A stretch of DNA of 63,378 nucleotides, filler included, from 4 parts of 4 records of this genome joined end to end with filler, not necessarily neighbours in it, one strand, 5' to 3'; numbered from the whole stretch's first letter, positions 51,264-61,062 are shown. Numbers and translations: made by a program. Notes: generated from the letters alone by a model not told the origin.

Positions 51264-52088
51264 GTGCGTATGTTTAAGATAGGTGAATTTTCAAAGCTCT
51301 CTCAAGTGAGTATCAGAATGTTGCGTTACTATGATGAGATGGGTCTATTAAAGCCCGATAGGATTGATATGTTTACTGGTTATCGACTGTATTCGGCTGC
51401 TCAATTGCCTGAACTCAATAAAATACTCTATTTACGTGATAGCGGCTTTAGTGTAGCAGAAATTGCGGTGTTGCTGAAAAACCAAGAGCAGGACTTCCTT
51501 GCAGAACAATTAGAAAGAAAAAAAGATGAAATTGAGACAACTATAGAGGTGGAAAAACAAAAATTAATCAAACTAGAAGTGGCTAAATTAGAATTGACGA
51601 AGGAACGAACAGAGCGCCATTATCAGGTTACAATGAAAGCAGTCCCGAGTTATCATGTGCTCTCCCTTCGCAAAGTCATACCAAATTATTTTTCTGAAGA
51701 GGAACTGTGGAGAGAACTATCCACTTTTATGGAAAATCAGAAAATAAAGAATTTCGGACAATCATTTTCGATTTATCACGACCAAGAGTTTAAAGAAAAA
51801 AATGTCGATGTTGAATTGTGTGTGCAAGTGAAAGCAGGCCTGCAGGTAGATTCCAAAGTATTTTCCATCTACGAAACGGAGGCAGTGCCAATTATGGCGT
51901 GCACGATGGTGTACGGTGCATTCTCCAACATAGCCAACGTCTATTTGTCCTTGGCTGAGTGGCTACAAGAACATCCTTATTACCAAATGGACGGACCAGA
52001 CAGGCAAATCGTGCATCGCGGTCCTTGGAATGAGAAGGAAGAACGTAATTATTTGACTGAAATACAAATACCGCTCATAAAACGTTGA
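51264..52088 (+). CDS. MerR-family regulator with a GyrI-like effector domain (start probably ATG 51270)
   Basis: FKIGEFSKL..VSIRMLRYYDEMGLL, GYRLY; C-terminal YLTEIQIP. Confidence 0.92.
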   Translation: MRMFKIGEFSKLSQVSIRMLRYYDEMGLLKPDRIDMFTGYRLYSAAQLPELNKILYLRDSGFSVAEIAVLLKNQEQDFLAEQLERKKDEIETTIEVEKQKLIKLEVAKLELTKERTERHYQVTMKAVPSYHVLSLRKVIPNYFSEEELWRELSTFMENQKIKNFGQSFSIYHDQEFKEKNVDVELCVQVKAGLQVDSKVFSIYETEAVPIMACTMVYGAFSNIANVYLSLAEWLQEHPYYQMDGPDRQIVHRGPWNEKEERNYLTEIQIPLIKR

Positions 52089-52112
52089 GTAGCAGATTTT
52101 TTCTGTTTTTTC

Positions 52113-52143
52113 TTGACTCTCACACTGTGTCAGGCACTATTCT
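52113..52143 (+). promoter_or_regulatory. MerR-type promoter/operator
   Basis: TTGACT-19 nt-TATTCT, with the dyad CTCACAC-T-GTGTCAG in the spacer. Confidence 0.85.
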
Positions 52144-52174
52144 GAGAGCACAAAGAGGAAATGGAGGAAAGAAA

Positions 52175-52651
52175 ATGACAGAATATAAACTACAACCGAT
52201 TGGGATCATTCAAAACAATGAGGAAGGATGCTTGCTCAAGCTTAAGAAAGAATATATTCCAGCTTTAGCAGGGATTGAAGGATTTAGTCACCTTCAATTA
52301 GTATGGTGGTTCAGTGATTTTGCGGATGCAAAGTATCGAATGATTTTGGATGCTGAGCAACCCTATAAACATGCGCCTGAAAAAATGGGGATTTTTGCTA
52401 CGAGATCACCCATCCGACCAAATCCAATTGCATTAAGTGTTGTTCAAGTATTATCAGTCGATGTTGAGAAAGGAATTCTTTCTATTCCTTATATTGATGC
52501 AAACGACCAAACGCCACTAATAGATATCAAACCGTACACACCAAGTTTGGATCGAGTAGAAGTGCCCAGAGTTCCTTCCTGGTGCCATCATTGGCCGAAC
52601 AGTTTAGAAGAATCTGCTGATTTTAATTGGGAAAATGAATTTAATTTTTAG
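52175..52651 (+). CDS. TsaA/TrmO-like SAM-binding protein (N-terminal domain only)
   Basis: GIFATRSPIRPNPI and TPLIDIKPY; ATG follows a GGAGG RBS. Confidence 0.88.
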   Translation: MTEYKLQPIGIIQNNEEGCLLKLKKEYIPALAGIEGFSHLQLVWWFSDFADAKYRMILDAEQPYKHAPEKMGIFATRSPIRPNPIALSVVQVLSVDVEKGILSIPYIDANDQTPLIDIKPYTPSLDRVEVPRVPSWCHHWPNSLEESADFNWENEFNF

Positions 52652-52817
52652 AGGATGAAAAAATAGAGGAATCAATCGGAAGATTGTTGGCGCAACAATG
52701 AAAATTTAAGCAATGTCGATGTTCGATTCAAGTAAAGAAAAAACGCGGTTTGTTTTTAAGGGATATCCTCCGCTATAATTGGGGGGAACATTAGGAAGAG
52801 CGAAAGGAGTACACCAC

Positions 52818-53399
52818 ATGCTAACAGGCAACAAAGTCACTTTAACCCCTGCGGAAATCAAAGATAAAGAAGCGGTCTATCAATGGTGTTTTCACTCTGA
52901 AACCACAAAGTATCATTCTGGACCACCTTCTTATCCTAATGCACCGATCGCCACTGAAGCAGAGTTTTTTGAGGACTATCAAGAGTATTACTTTACTGGT
53001 GCCCAACCGCAAGATGGCAGAGGCTTTTTGATTCTACATGCAGGTGAACCTATTGGCTTTATTAGTTACTCCTCGTCTCATCTAAAAGACGGCATAGCAG
53101 AATTGGATATCTGGTTGAATCGAGAAGCTCATTGCGGCAAAGGATTTGGTACCGATGCGATCGTCACCCTCGGTGATCATTTACATGAAACATTCGGCAT
53201 TCAAAAATTGATGATGCGGCCGTCGAGAAAAAATATCCCTGCAGTCAGATCTTACGAAAAGGCTGGTTTTACGCAATCTACCCAAGACCTTGCTGACTAT
53301 TTGTTGGAAGAGTATCTTGCTTTATATGCCGAAGGGGATTATGGGGCAGAAGAAACGGTGACATTGATCAAAATGTTTCCGTCAACTGTATTGAGCTGA
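52818..53399 (+). CDS. GNAT acetyltransferase (RimJ/RimL-like)
   Basis: ELDIW, CGKGFGT, N..AVRSYEKAGF; AAAGGAG RBS. Confidence 0.88.
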   Translation: MLTGNKVTLTPAEIKDKEAVYQWCFHSETTKYHSGPPSYPNAPIATEAEFFEDYQEYYFTGAQPQDGRGFLILHAGEPIGFISYSSSHLKDGIAELDIWLNREAHCGKGFGTDAIVTLGDHLHETFGIQKLMMRPSRKNIPAVRSYEKAGFTQSTQDLADYLLEEYLALYAEGDYGAEETVTLIKMFPSTVLS

Positions 53400-53458
53400 T
53401 CTGGCTGATCTGGCCGATCTCTAACATTCGGCTTCAAACGATTAAAGGTTATTTCATG

Positions 53459-53506
53459 AAAACAGTCCATTTCACTTTGCAAACAAGGGGAAATGGACTG
53501 TTTTTT
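53459..53506. terminator. Intrinsic terminator
   Basis: AAAACAGTCCATTTC...GAAATGGACTGTTTT. Confidence 0.75.
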
Positions 53507-53759
53507 ACCTTTTAGCAATTTAAGGTCATTCAAAATACTCCTTCTTCGCTCTATCTTCTAACTTCGTTCGCACTCTAAATTCCTTCCTATGCAACAGTTA
53601 TTGAAAAATTGCATAAGCCCTCTATCCTTGCTATTCCAACATTGAGAACAAAACATAAAATAAACATAGTTTTTTACAAAATTCCGAGAAACAGCGAGAA
53701 TGTTTGTGCTATAATGGTCGCTCACTGTAAAAATTCAATAGAATCTGGGAGGGTATAGC

Positions 53760-55997
53760 ATGCAGGAATACATTACGATCCACAACGCCAGGCAGAACAA
53801 TTTGAAGGGCTTTGACTTGAAGATTCCCAAAAGAAAAATCACGATTTTCACGGGTGTCTCTGGTTCTGGCAAGTCATCGATCGTCTTTGACACGATCGCA
53901 CAAGAAGCTGGTCGACAGCTGAATGAGAACTTTTCGAAATTTGTCCGCAACTTTTTGCCAAAATATAGCCAGCCAGATGCCGATGCCATCGACAATCTTT
54001 CGATGGCGGTAGTAGTTGATCAAAGCCGTTTAGGCGGCAATTCCCGCTCCACATTAGGGACGATCACAGATATCAATCCTTTGATCCGCTTGCTCTTTTC
54101 TCGTCTTGGTCAACCGTATTTAGGTCCTGCATGGAATTTCTCCTTCAATGACCCTCATGGGATGTGTCCCACTTGCGAAGGGATTGGGCGGATCGTCGGG
54201 TTAGATTTAGAAAAGGCACTGGATCTTGAAAAGTCCTTGAACGAAGGGGCGATCCTGCTTCCTGGCTACAAAGTCGGTTCTTGGCTACTGAAGTCCTTCA
54301 CCAACACGGGCTTTTTTGACAATGACAAGCCGTTGGAAGAATATAGCGAAGAGGAAATGAACCGCTTTTTGTATGCCCAAGGAGAAAAAATCGATTCCTT
54401 GTATATGGAAGGCATGAGTTCCACCTATGAAGGCTTAGTCGCTCGTTTTAATCGCTCCAATATCAAAGGTGGCAATGAAAGCTCCGCTGCTACGCAGAAG
54501 AAAATCGCTTCTTTCATGAATGAGCAGAAGTGTCCTGACTGTCAGGGAAAGCGATTCAATCCACAAGTACTCGCGTGTAAAATCGCGGGCTATTCGATTG
54601 CGGACGTTTTGGCGATGCAAGTGGATGAACTATTGACGGTTCTTCAAGAAATCTCGGAGGAGAGTGTCCAACCCCTGCTTCAAAACATCCAAGCGAGAAT
54701 CACTGATCTGATCAATATCGGGTTGGATTATGTTTCCTTAGACCGTGAAACAACGACGCTTTCTGGTGGGGAAAGTCAGCGGGTAAAAATGGTCAAACAC
54801 TTGTCTTCTAGCTTGAACGATGTGATCTACATTTTTGATGAACCGAGTATTGGGCTGCATCCAAGGGATGTCCATCGATTGAATGAATTGTTAGTCAAAC
54901 TACGGGACAAAGGGAACACCGTCATCGTAGTGGAGCATGACCCAGATGTCATTAAAGCAGCCGATCACATTATCGATGTTGGTCCTAAAGCTGGAAAAAA
55001 TGGCGGCTATATTACTTACGAAGGAACCTTTGAAGGTTTGCTGCGATCAGATACACTGACTGGCAAAGCCTTTGGACAGATGGTGGATTTCAAAGAAGCC
55101 CCTCGCAGAAGCCAACAGTTTATCGAAACGAAAAAATCGACGCTGCATAACTTGAAAAATACAGCACTGCGGGTGCCATTAGGGGTATTTACGGTGGTGA
55201 CCGGTGTCGCTGGTTCTGGAAAGAGCAGTTTGGTAAATGGTGTTTTTGCCAAAGAATACCCTGAAGCCATTACGATCGATCAATCAGCGGTGGCGGGGAA
55301 TATTCGCTCTAATCCTGCAACCTATTCAGGAATCATGAATGACATTCGCAAGTTGTTTTCGCAAGAAAACAAGGTTTCAGCAGGTCTTTTTTCCTACAAT
55401 TCCGAAGGTGCTTGTGAAACGTGTAAGGGCCACGGGACCATCAAGATGGAGCTGTCCTTTATGGATTCCGTCGAGGTTTTGTGTCAGGCATGCGGCGGCA
55501 AACGGTTTAAAGAAGAAGTCTACCAGTATCGCTTGAAAGGCAAGTCGATCGATGAAGTCCTTGCCATGAGTATCACGGAAGCGGTGGAGTTTTTTGAGGA
55601 AAAAGCGATTCAAAGAAAACTAAAACAGATTTTGGCTGTAGGTCTAGGATACATGACCCTCGGACAGCCATTAAATACCTTGTCTGGCGGTGAATGCCAA
55701 CGACTGAAGTTAGCAAAAGAATTAAGCAAAAAAGGCAATATCTACATTATGGATGAACCAACGACCGGATTGCACATGGCCGACATCAAAAGCATCTTGG
55801 CGATCATCGAACGATTAGTAGAAAAAGGCAACACGGTGATCGTTATCGAACACAACCTTGAGGTCATGAAAGCAGCGGATTGGCTGATCGATGTCGGTGT
55901 TGATGGTGGGATTCGCGGTGGTGAAATCTTGTACGAAGGAACCCCAGACCAACTGATCAATTGTCAATCGTCGATTACTGCGCAGTATTTATTTTAA
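53760..55997 (+). CDS. Class II UvrA-like protein (UvrA2/DrrC-type)
   Basis: Two ABC modules (GVSGSGKS, GVAGSGKS, two LSGGE) and Zn-finger CxxC pairs; 745 aa, shorter than class I UvrA. Confidence 0.9.
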   Translation: MQEYITIHNARQNNLKGFDLKIPKRKITIFTGVSGSGKSSIVFDTIAQEAGRQLNENFSKFVRNFLPKYSQPDADAIDNLSMAVVVDQSRLGGNSRSTLGTITDINPLIRLLFSRLGQPYLGPAWNFSFNDPHGMCPTCEGIGRIVGLDLEKALDLEKSLNEGAILLPGYKVGSWLLKSFTNTGFFDNDKPLEEYSEEEMNRFLYAQGEKIDSLYMEGMSSTYEGLVARFNRSNIKGGNESSAATQKKIASFMNEQKCPDCQGKRFNPQVLACKIAGYSIADVLAMQVDELLTVLQEISEESVQPLLQNIQARITDLINIGLDYVSLDRETTTLSGGESQRVKMVKHLSSSLNDVIYIFDEPSIGLHPRDVHRLNELLVKLRDKGNTVIVVEHDPDVIKAADHIIDVGPKAGKNGGYITYEGTFEGLLRSDTLTGKAFGQMVDFKEAPRRSQQFIETKKSTLHNLKNTALRVPLGVFTVVTGVAGSGKSSLVNGVFAKEYPEAITIDQSAVAGNIRSNPATYSGIMNDIRKLFSQENKVSAGLFSYNSEGACETCKGHGTIKMELSFMDSVEVLCQACGGKRFKEEVYQYRLKGKSIDEVLAMSITEAVEFFEEKAIQRKLKQILAVGLGYMTLGQPLNTLSGGECQRLKLAKELSKKGNIYIMDEPTTGLHMADIKSILAIIERLVEKGNTVIVIEHNLEVMKAADWLIDVGVDGGIRGGEILYEGTPDQLINCQSSITAQYLF

Positions 55998-56223
55998 CGA
56001 AAAAGCCAAGACTAGCCGTAAGTAGCTCTTTTCATCGAGTGTTGCTTGCGGCTTTTTTTCATTCCATCGAAGAAGCGATTACAAGTTAGAAAATAAAATT
56101 CAGAACGCTATTTTTTTCATTATTAGTAGGTTTTTTGATAAAAATACTGTAAATTTGAGTATATAATTACCAAATAGTGGTCTATTTATGTAATAGTATA
56201 GAAAAGAATCTCTTGAAAAAGGA

Positions 56224-57708
56224 GTGGAGTGGATGAGAGAGCTGCAATTGGCCTTCATCAGCAACCGCACAACCGCGCGGTTGTTTCGGCTGTTGAGTAC
56301 GATTGAGCGAGATCGGGTGTTTACGATTGGCGACTTAGCTGAGCGCAATCAGGTAACTCAGCGGACGATTGCCAATGATATCAAATACATGAAAGAATAT
56401 TTTGGGGACAGTATAGTTCTTGTTTCCGGCAATAGCGGGTTTGTTTTCGAAGAGAAAAAGCCTACAGAATATCAAAAAAGAAAACAAAGTTTGTTAAAAA
56501 ATGAATGCTTATTTGAAATTATCGGGAATATCTTTCATGGCAAGTTAGCTAAGGTGGATGAGCTAGCACATCATTACCATTTTTCAGAGAGTACATTTCG
56601 GCGCTTACTTAATCAGCGCAACCCTATTTTGAAAAGCTATGGCTTACAATGGACCTCCAATCCTTTAACGATTGAAGGAAGCGAAGCCAACTTACGTAAG
56701 TTTTTCAAAGATTTTTACTATGAAGGGGTCGAAACGATCTATACATTGGTCCCAGACCAAGCATTGCATGACTTGATTTTAGGGCAATTGGATGACAAGT
56801 TCGGCTATTATGAAATCGGATCTGGGGCGACCCCCGCAGCGTTTTACTATACGTTTTATATTGCCATCAAACGCGCGAGCCTTGGCTATCATATCACTGT
56901 GCCCAAAGAACTGGTCAGGCAAGCGTATAAAGGGAATAGTTTCGCCAAACTTTATTCCTTGAAAAAAGGCATTGAAGAAATCTATCAGACCCAGTTGCCC
57001 AAAGAAGAATTTGCTTGGATTTACTTGGTCACCCTGTGTAAGCGAACCTTGGATCAAGAAGAACGAGAGCAAAAATTTTACCGTCAGTTTCATCAAGGTA
57101 CAGCGATTGCAAACGTGGCCGAATTGTTTCTGCAGAACCATGATGTGCCCAAAGAGCAAGCCATTACGGTGGCGACGTTTTTACGTTCTTTCTTTTTATC
57201 GAGGAAAATAAACCATGCGATTGCGCCGGTTTTGAACAAGGAAATGGATGATATCAAAGAAGTGATCATGCGTTCCAACAGCGAGAATTATCAAAAGAAC
57301 TTACAATTTCTTAAGGAGCAGAGCAAAAAACTCTCTTTGTCTAGTGCTTACTTAGAAGACATCTGTGTCAGTTTAACAATTTATAGCGAGTTGATTTTCG
57401 ATTATTACGCACCAGCAAAAACCATTTATTTTCTCCTAGAAGGAGATCATTTTGTGTGCCAGCACATTCAAACTCGAGCAATCCAGCGGTTTGGCAGCAA
57501 GCACGAGTTGACCTTTGTGCAGCTGCAATATTTAACAAAGAAGACGCTAAATGGATCACATATTGATTTGATCGTGACCAATTACAATCGCTATCTCGTC
57601 GATTACAAAGTCAAAACAGATTATTTATTATTAAAATCTCTTCCAGATGATCGAGATTGGGAACATCTTGAACGGAAAATAAACCCGTATCAAAAACCGC
57701 TTTTTTAA
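56224..57708 (+). CDS. Mga/AtxA-like HTH transcriptional regulator
   Basis: Two N-terminal HTHs (TQRTIANDI, SESTFRR), G(S)EANLR, C-terminal DLIVTN. Confidence 0.85.
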   Translation: MEWMRELQLAFISNRTTARLFRLLSTIERDRVFTIGDLAERNQVTQRTIANDIKYMKEYFGDSIVLVSGNSGFVFEEKKPTEYQKRKQSLLKNECLFEIIGNIFHGKLAKVDELAHHYHFSESTFRRLLNQRNPILKSYGLQWTSNPLTIEGSEANLRKFFKDFYYEGVETIYTLVPDQALHDLILGQLDDKFGYYEIGSGATPAAFYYTFYIAIKRASLGYHITVPKELVRQAYKGNSFAKLYSLKKGIEEIYQTQLPKEEFAWIYLVTLCKRTLDQEEREQKFYRQFHQGTAIANVAELFLQNHDVPKEQAITVATFLRSFFLSRKINHAIAPVLNKEMDDIKEVIMRSNSENYQKNLQFLKEQSKKLSLSSAYLEDICVSLTIYSELIFDYYAPAKTIYFLLEGDHFVCQHIQTRAIQRFGSKHELTFVQLQYLTKKTLNGSHIDLIVTNYNRYLVDYKVKTDYLLLKSLPDDRDWEHLERKINPYQKPLF

Positions 57709-58081
57709 ACCCATTCCCGTACCTTTCACACAGTGAAAGAGGTAGGTTATTTATTCATCTATTTCAGGTGTTTATGAAAATAATGATTTTCTTTTGCTAA
57801 AGCACCACGCTATTCTTAGTTTAGTAAGGACCACGCGTGATACACTTACAGTTTTTTTCGTCTCAATAACCTTCGTTTTTAAGAAAACGGAACTCGTATG
57901 TAGATATTATTTTACAAAAACCCAATCTAACAACTTTCTTCAGACATTTGATTCGTCCAAATGTCTTTTTTTGTCGTTCCCCCAAAAACGAAGAATATTG
58001 AGACAACTTTGTGTGAAAAGGAGGAGGCTGTTTCTTAGCTTCAACCTTCTTGACGCACCAAAGACTTGAAGAAAGGAGGAT

Positions 58082-58178
58082 ATGATGAAACTACTTACAT
58101 TGTTTTCTGCAGTATTCCTACTAAGCAGCACGGCGGTCAACACGACGCTGGCGTTCCAGCAAGTTGCTTATGCAGAAA
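58082..58178 (+). CDS. Secreted or surface protein, signal peptide only (partial)
   Basis: AGGAGG RBS; MMKLLTLFSAVFLLSSTAVNTTLAFQQVAYAE ends in AYA-E. Confidence 0.7.
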
Positions 58179-58278
58179 NNNNNNNNNNNNNNNNNNNNNN
58201 NNNNNNNNNNNNNNNNNNNNNNTTAATTAATTAANNNNNNNNNNNNNNNNNNNNNNNNNNNNNNNNNNNNNNNNNNNN
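58179..58278. other. Artificial contig linker
   Basis: N44-TTAATTAATTAA-N44. Confidence 0.98.
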
Positions 58279-58305
58279 AGATACATCGTTGTTAAGCAAG
58301 ACTAA
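58279..58305 (+). CDS. rpsF: 3' end of ribosomal protein S6 (partial)
   Basis: RYIVVKQD* directly upstream of rpsR. Confidence 0.6.
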   Translation, partial: RYIVVKQD

Positions 58306-58344
58306 TTTTAAATAGTTATAAAATTTTCGGAGGTGAAATATACA

Positions 58345-58572
58345 ATGGCAGAAATCAGAAGAAGAAGAAGAAAAAAGAGATTAATGGTTAAACCAGCTGA
58401 GATCGATTATAAAAACTATGAATTATTAAAAAGATTCATGTCTGATAGAGGAGCACTTAAGCCTGCAAGAGCAACTGGTGCAAACGCTAAACTTCAAAGA
58501 AAAATCGCTAAGGCAATTAAAAGAGCTAGAAACATCGGTTTTTTACCTTACACAATCCAAAAAGAAAAGTAA
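58345..58572 (+). CDS. rpsR: 30S ribosomal protein S18 (no Zn-binding Cys)
   Basis: [32 protein letters not shown] follows GGAGGT. Confidence 0.96.
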   Translation: MAEIRRRRRKKRLMVKPAEIDYKNYELLKRFMSDRGALKPARATGANAKLQRKIAKAIKRARNIGFLPYTIQKEK

Positions 58573-58594
58573 AAATAATTTTTTAACTTTTTAT

Positions 58595-58648
58595 AAAAAA
58601 GCAGGTCTAATTTAATGTTATTTACATTAAATCCGACCCGCTTTTTTA
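58595..58648. terminator. Bidirectional terminator between convergent genes
   Basis: A-tract-GCAGGTC..ATTTAATGT...ACATTAAAT..GACCCGC-T-tract. Confidence 0.7.
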
Positions 58649-58649
58649 T

Positions 58650-59222
58650 TTACACTACTTTGGCAACTTTTTCTAAAAACTTTTTCTTTCTTGCTCTTGA
58701 ACCACTAGAAGTATAATCATTATTTAACCATTTAACATTTTTTAATCCTATTCCCTTGAGTGTTACTTTTATAAATATTCTTCCTATTGGATTTCCTGCG
58801 AGATATTTTATATACCATGTTGGCGATTCTGATGTTGAAACTATTGTCGTTTTTTTAACATGTGTTAATAAACCCGTTAATCCTGTTTTTCCTTGTTTGT
58901 ATGCGAAATTTTTAAGCATTACCTTATCAATAAACCCTTTTAAAATTGCAGGGACATCAAACCACCAAATTGGGAAAATAAATACTATTTCATTAGAATT
59001 TTTCAGGATATTTTGATATTTTTTAACCTGCGGGTCTATTGCTTCTCCCTTGGAAAATTTCGAGAGATCAACCTCATTTAGTACCGGATCAAACTTATCT
59101 TTATTTAGATCAATAATTTCATACTCTTTTTTTCTTTTCTCCAAACTTTCAATTGTTCTGTCAAATATAGCTTTATTAAAACTTCCATGCCATGGATGAG
59201 CTAAAATAACTGTTGTTTTCAT
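58650..59222 (-). CDS. Flavodoxin-fold NAD(P)H oxidoreductase (MdaB/NQO-like)
   Basis: AHP..GSFN, FPIWWFDVPAILKGFIDKV. Confidence 0.92.
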   Translation of the reverse strand: MKTTVILAHPWHGSFNKAIFDRTIESLEKRKKEYEIIDLNKDKFDPVLNEVDLSKFSKGEAIDPQVKKYQNILKNSNEIVFIFPIWWFDVPAILKGFIDKVMLKNFAYKQGKTGLTGLLTHVKKTTIVSTSESPTWYIKYLAGNPIGRIFIKVTLKGIGLKNVKWLNNDYTSSGSRARKKKFLEKVAKVV

Positions 59223-59572
59223 TTTTCTTTCTCCTTTATAGTAAAGGTACTGTCAAAGAAAAACAATGTTTCCCTTCACAACCCTTGTTTTTATTTAATT
59301 TCTTAATTTATTCTTGAATCCCCCCTACTTTTATGGTGTCTCTTTATCGACCAAGACTAAAAAATACAGGAAAAAAAAGAGGGAGAAATTTTGACTAATA
59401 TTATTAATAAATTTATTCAAATTATTACTTTACAAAATAGACTTATCATCGCTTTAATTATCTTTGCTTTTGGTAAAAGGTTTGAGTATTTTTCTAGTTT
59501 ACGATTAATTTCACTTCTTTTCCTCTGTAATAATCATAGTACCACCACAGTCTAGACTGCTCAAATTGATTT

Positions 59573-60220
59573 TTATGTTTTATGTATCTTCTTTGTCGCA
59601 ATAAAATAACTAGATGCTCCTTTATATATCTTTTCAGTTTCAATTGTCTGAAAATCCTCATTTGCTATTAAATCGTCTATTTCAGAGCTTTTAAGTCTTC
59701 TTATAGGAATAGGAATTATTCCAATCTTACACAATATACGGACAAGTTGAATTTGAATATTGACAAAAAATGACATCTTATTACGGAGGCAAGGTGTTAC
59801 AGAAATAAATAACCCATTAGGTTTTAACAATTCATATATTCTTTGCATAACATTCTGGGGATTAGATACTGTATGCAACATGTTGAAAGCCAAAATCACA
59901 TCAAATGATTCTTTTTTAAATCTTTTATCATAAATATCCGTCTGCACGAATTTTATATTTTCAACTTTACTAGCAACTGCTTTCTCTTTTGCTATTTCAA
60001 TCATTTTAGACGATATATCAATAGCATGAATCTCTTTCACTTGAGCGGAAATTTCACAAGATGTTGTGCCTGTTCCACATCCATAATCCAAAACAATATT
60101 GCTGTCCTTCAGGTACTTTTTGGTGTTCTCCCTAGACTTATTATGAATGTATTCAAATCGCTCCTCTGTCTTGTCATAGTTTTTTGAAGATTTATCCCAG
60201 AATTCTTCCGATTTATTCAT
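59573..60220 (-). CDS. Class I SAM-dependent methyltransferase
   Basis: VLDYGCGTG, IDIS, FDVILAFNMLH, LKPNG. Confidence 0.92.
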   Translation of the reverse strand: MNKSEEFWDKSSKNYDKTEERFEYIHNKSRENTKKYLKDSNIVLDYGCGTGTTSCEISAQVKEIHAIDISSKMIEIAKEKAVASKVENIKFVQTDIYDKRFKKESFDVILAFNMLHTVSNPQNVMQRIYELLKPNGLFISVTPCLRNKMSFFVNIQIQLVRILCKIGIIPIPIRRLKSSEIDDLIANEDFQTIETEKIYKGASSYFIATKKIHKT

Positions 60221-60310
60221 TTTTATACCTCTTTAGTATTTTTTAATAGAATCATAATATTTGCTAAACCATTACCGATTTCACCCTATTTTTATCAAGC
60301 TTCTTTTTAA

Positions 60311-60326
60311 AGCCGATCGATCGGTC
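60311..60326. promoter_or_regulatory. Putative TetR operator upstream of the methyltransferase
   Basis: Palindrome CCGATCGATCGG, nearly identical to the site at 60993-61008. Confidence 0.75.
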
Positions 60327-60370
60327 AGTTTTCATATATAAATAAAAGAGCAGATCAATGCTCATTTATT

Positions 60371-60958
60371 TTAGTTATTTGCCTGCTCTCGAATTGCTTT
60401 AATATACATTTCCGATTTAATTTTCCAAATCTTTAAGTATTTTTCACTCTCATTATCGAATAAATAATTAGTCATCATTCCATCTATATCCATTTGCAAC
60501 ATTTTAGCTAATTCCTCGGAGATTTCTATTTCTCCTACACTTAAAATTGATGATTTTATACCCTTTAACACTTCACTTTTTTGATTAGCAAGTGTAGCTT
60601 TTATATTAACATTATCTAATTTTTCAAAGTAAAATGCATAAAGTACCTTGTAATATTTTTGTGCTTCACTATCTAAATCAAACATCTGTCTGCCAAAAGC
60701 AAGGAACAGTGACTCTAAATTGTCAAATCGAACTCCCGTAAAAGCTTCGGAGCTCTTTTCGCATAATTTATTAATAAATGCTTCCAATATTAATTCTACA
60801 TTTGGAAAGTGATGAAATACATTACTCTTACTTATCCCTGCTCTATCTGCAATTCTTTTCGTACTTAGACTGGATATTCCATTCTCGGATATAATATCTA
60901 ATGCTGCGTTTAATATTTTAGCCTTAGTTTCTTCCCCTTTTACTTTTCTTTGATCCAC
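60371..60958 (-). CDS. TetR-family regulator (probable GTG start 60958)
   Basis: ILNAAL...LSTKRIADRAGISKSNVFHHF HTH; GAGGTG RBS. Confidence 0.92.
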   Translation of the reverse strand: MDQRKVKGEETKAKILNAALDIISENGISSLSTKRIADRAGISKSNVFHHFPNVELILEAFINKLCEKSSEAFTGVRFDNLESLFLAFGRQMFDLDSEAQKYYKVLYAFYFEKLDNVNIKATLANQKSEVLKGIKSSILSVGEIEISEELAKMLQMDIDGMMTNYLFDNESEKYLKIWKIKSEMYIKAIREQANN

Positions 60959-60981
60959 TATTTCACCTCTTCTCAATTCTG

Positions 60982-61010
60982 ATTATATAACAGACCGATC
61001 GATCTGTCAA
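60982..61010 (-). promoter_or_regulatory. Consensus promoter of tetR with an operator in the spacer
   Basis: Minus strand TTGACA-17-TATAAT overlapping the near-palindrome GACAGATCGATCGGTC. Confidence 0.88.
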
Positions 61011-61062
61011 TATGTTTTTGAATTTATTTTTCTTTTAGCCATACAAAATAGTTTAGGAAACT

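Noticed and set aside
52085-52174. N-terminal extension of the TsaA-like ORF in the ORF track
   Set aside because: The region holds the MerR promoter; the RBS supports ATG 52175
53760-55997. Calling this gene the canonical uvrA
   Set aside because: It is about 200 aa too short for class I UvrA and has no uvrB alongside; it fits class II/DrrC-like
57794-58143. ORFs of 91 aa (+) and 67 aa (-) upstream of the secreted protein
   Set aside because: No RBS or motifs; probably the regulatory region for the downstream gene
59430-59571. Start-less minus-strand frame NQFEQSRLWWYYDYYRGKRSEINRKLEKYSNLLPKAKII..., a possible gene remnant
   Set aside because: No start codon or RBS and no family recognisable by eye; cannot be supported without a search
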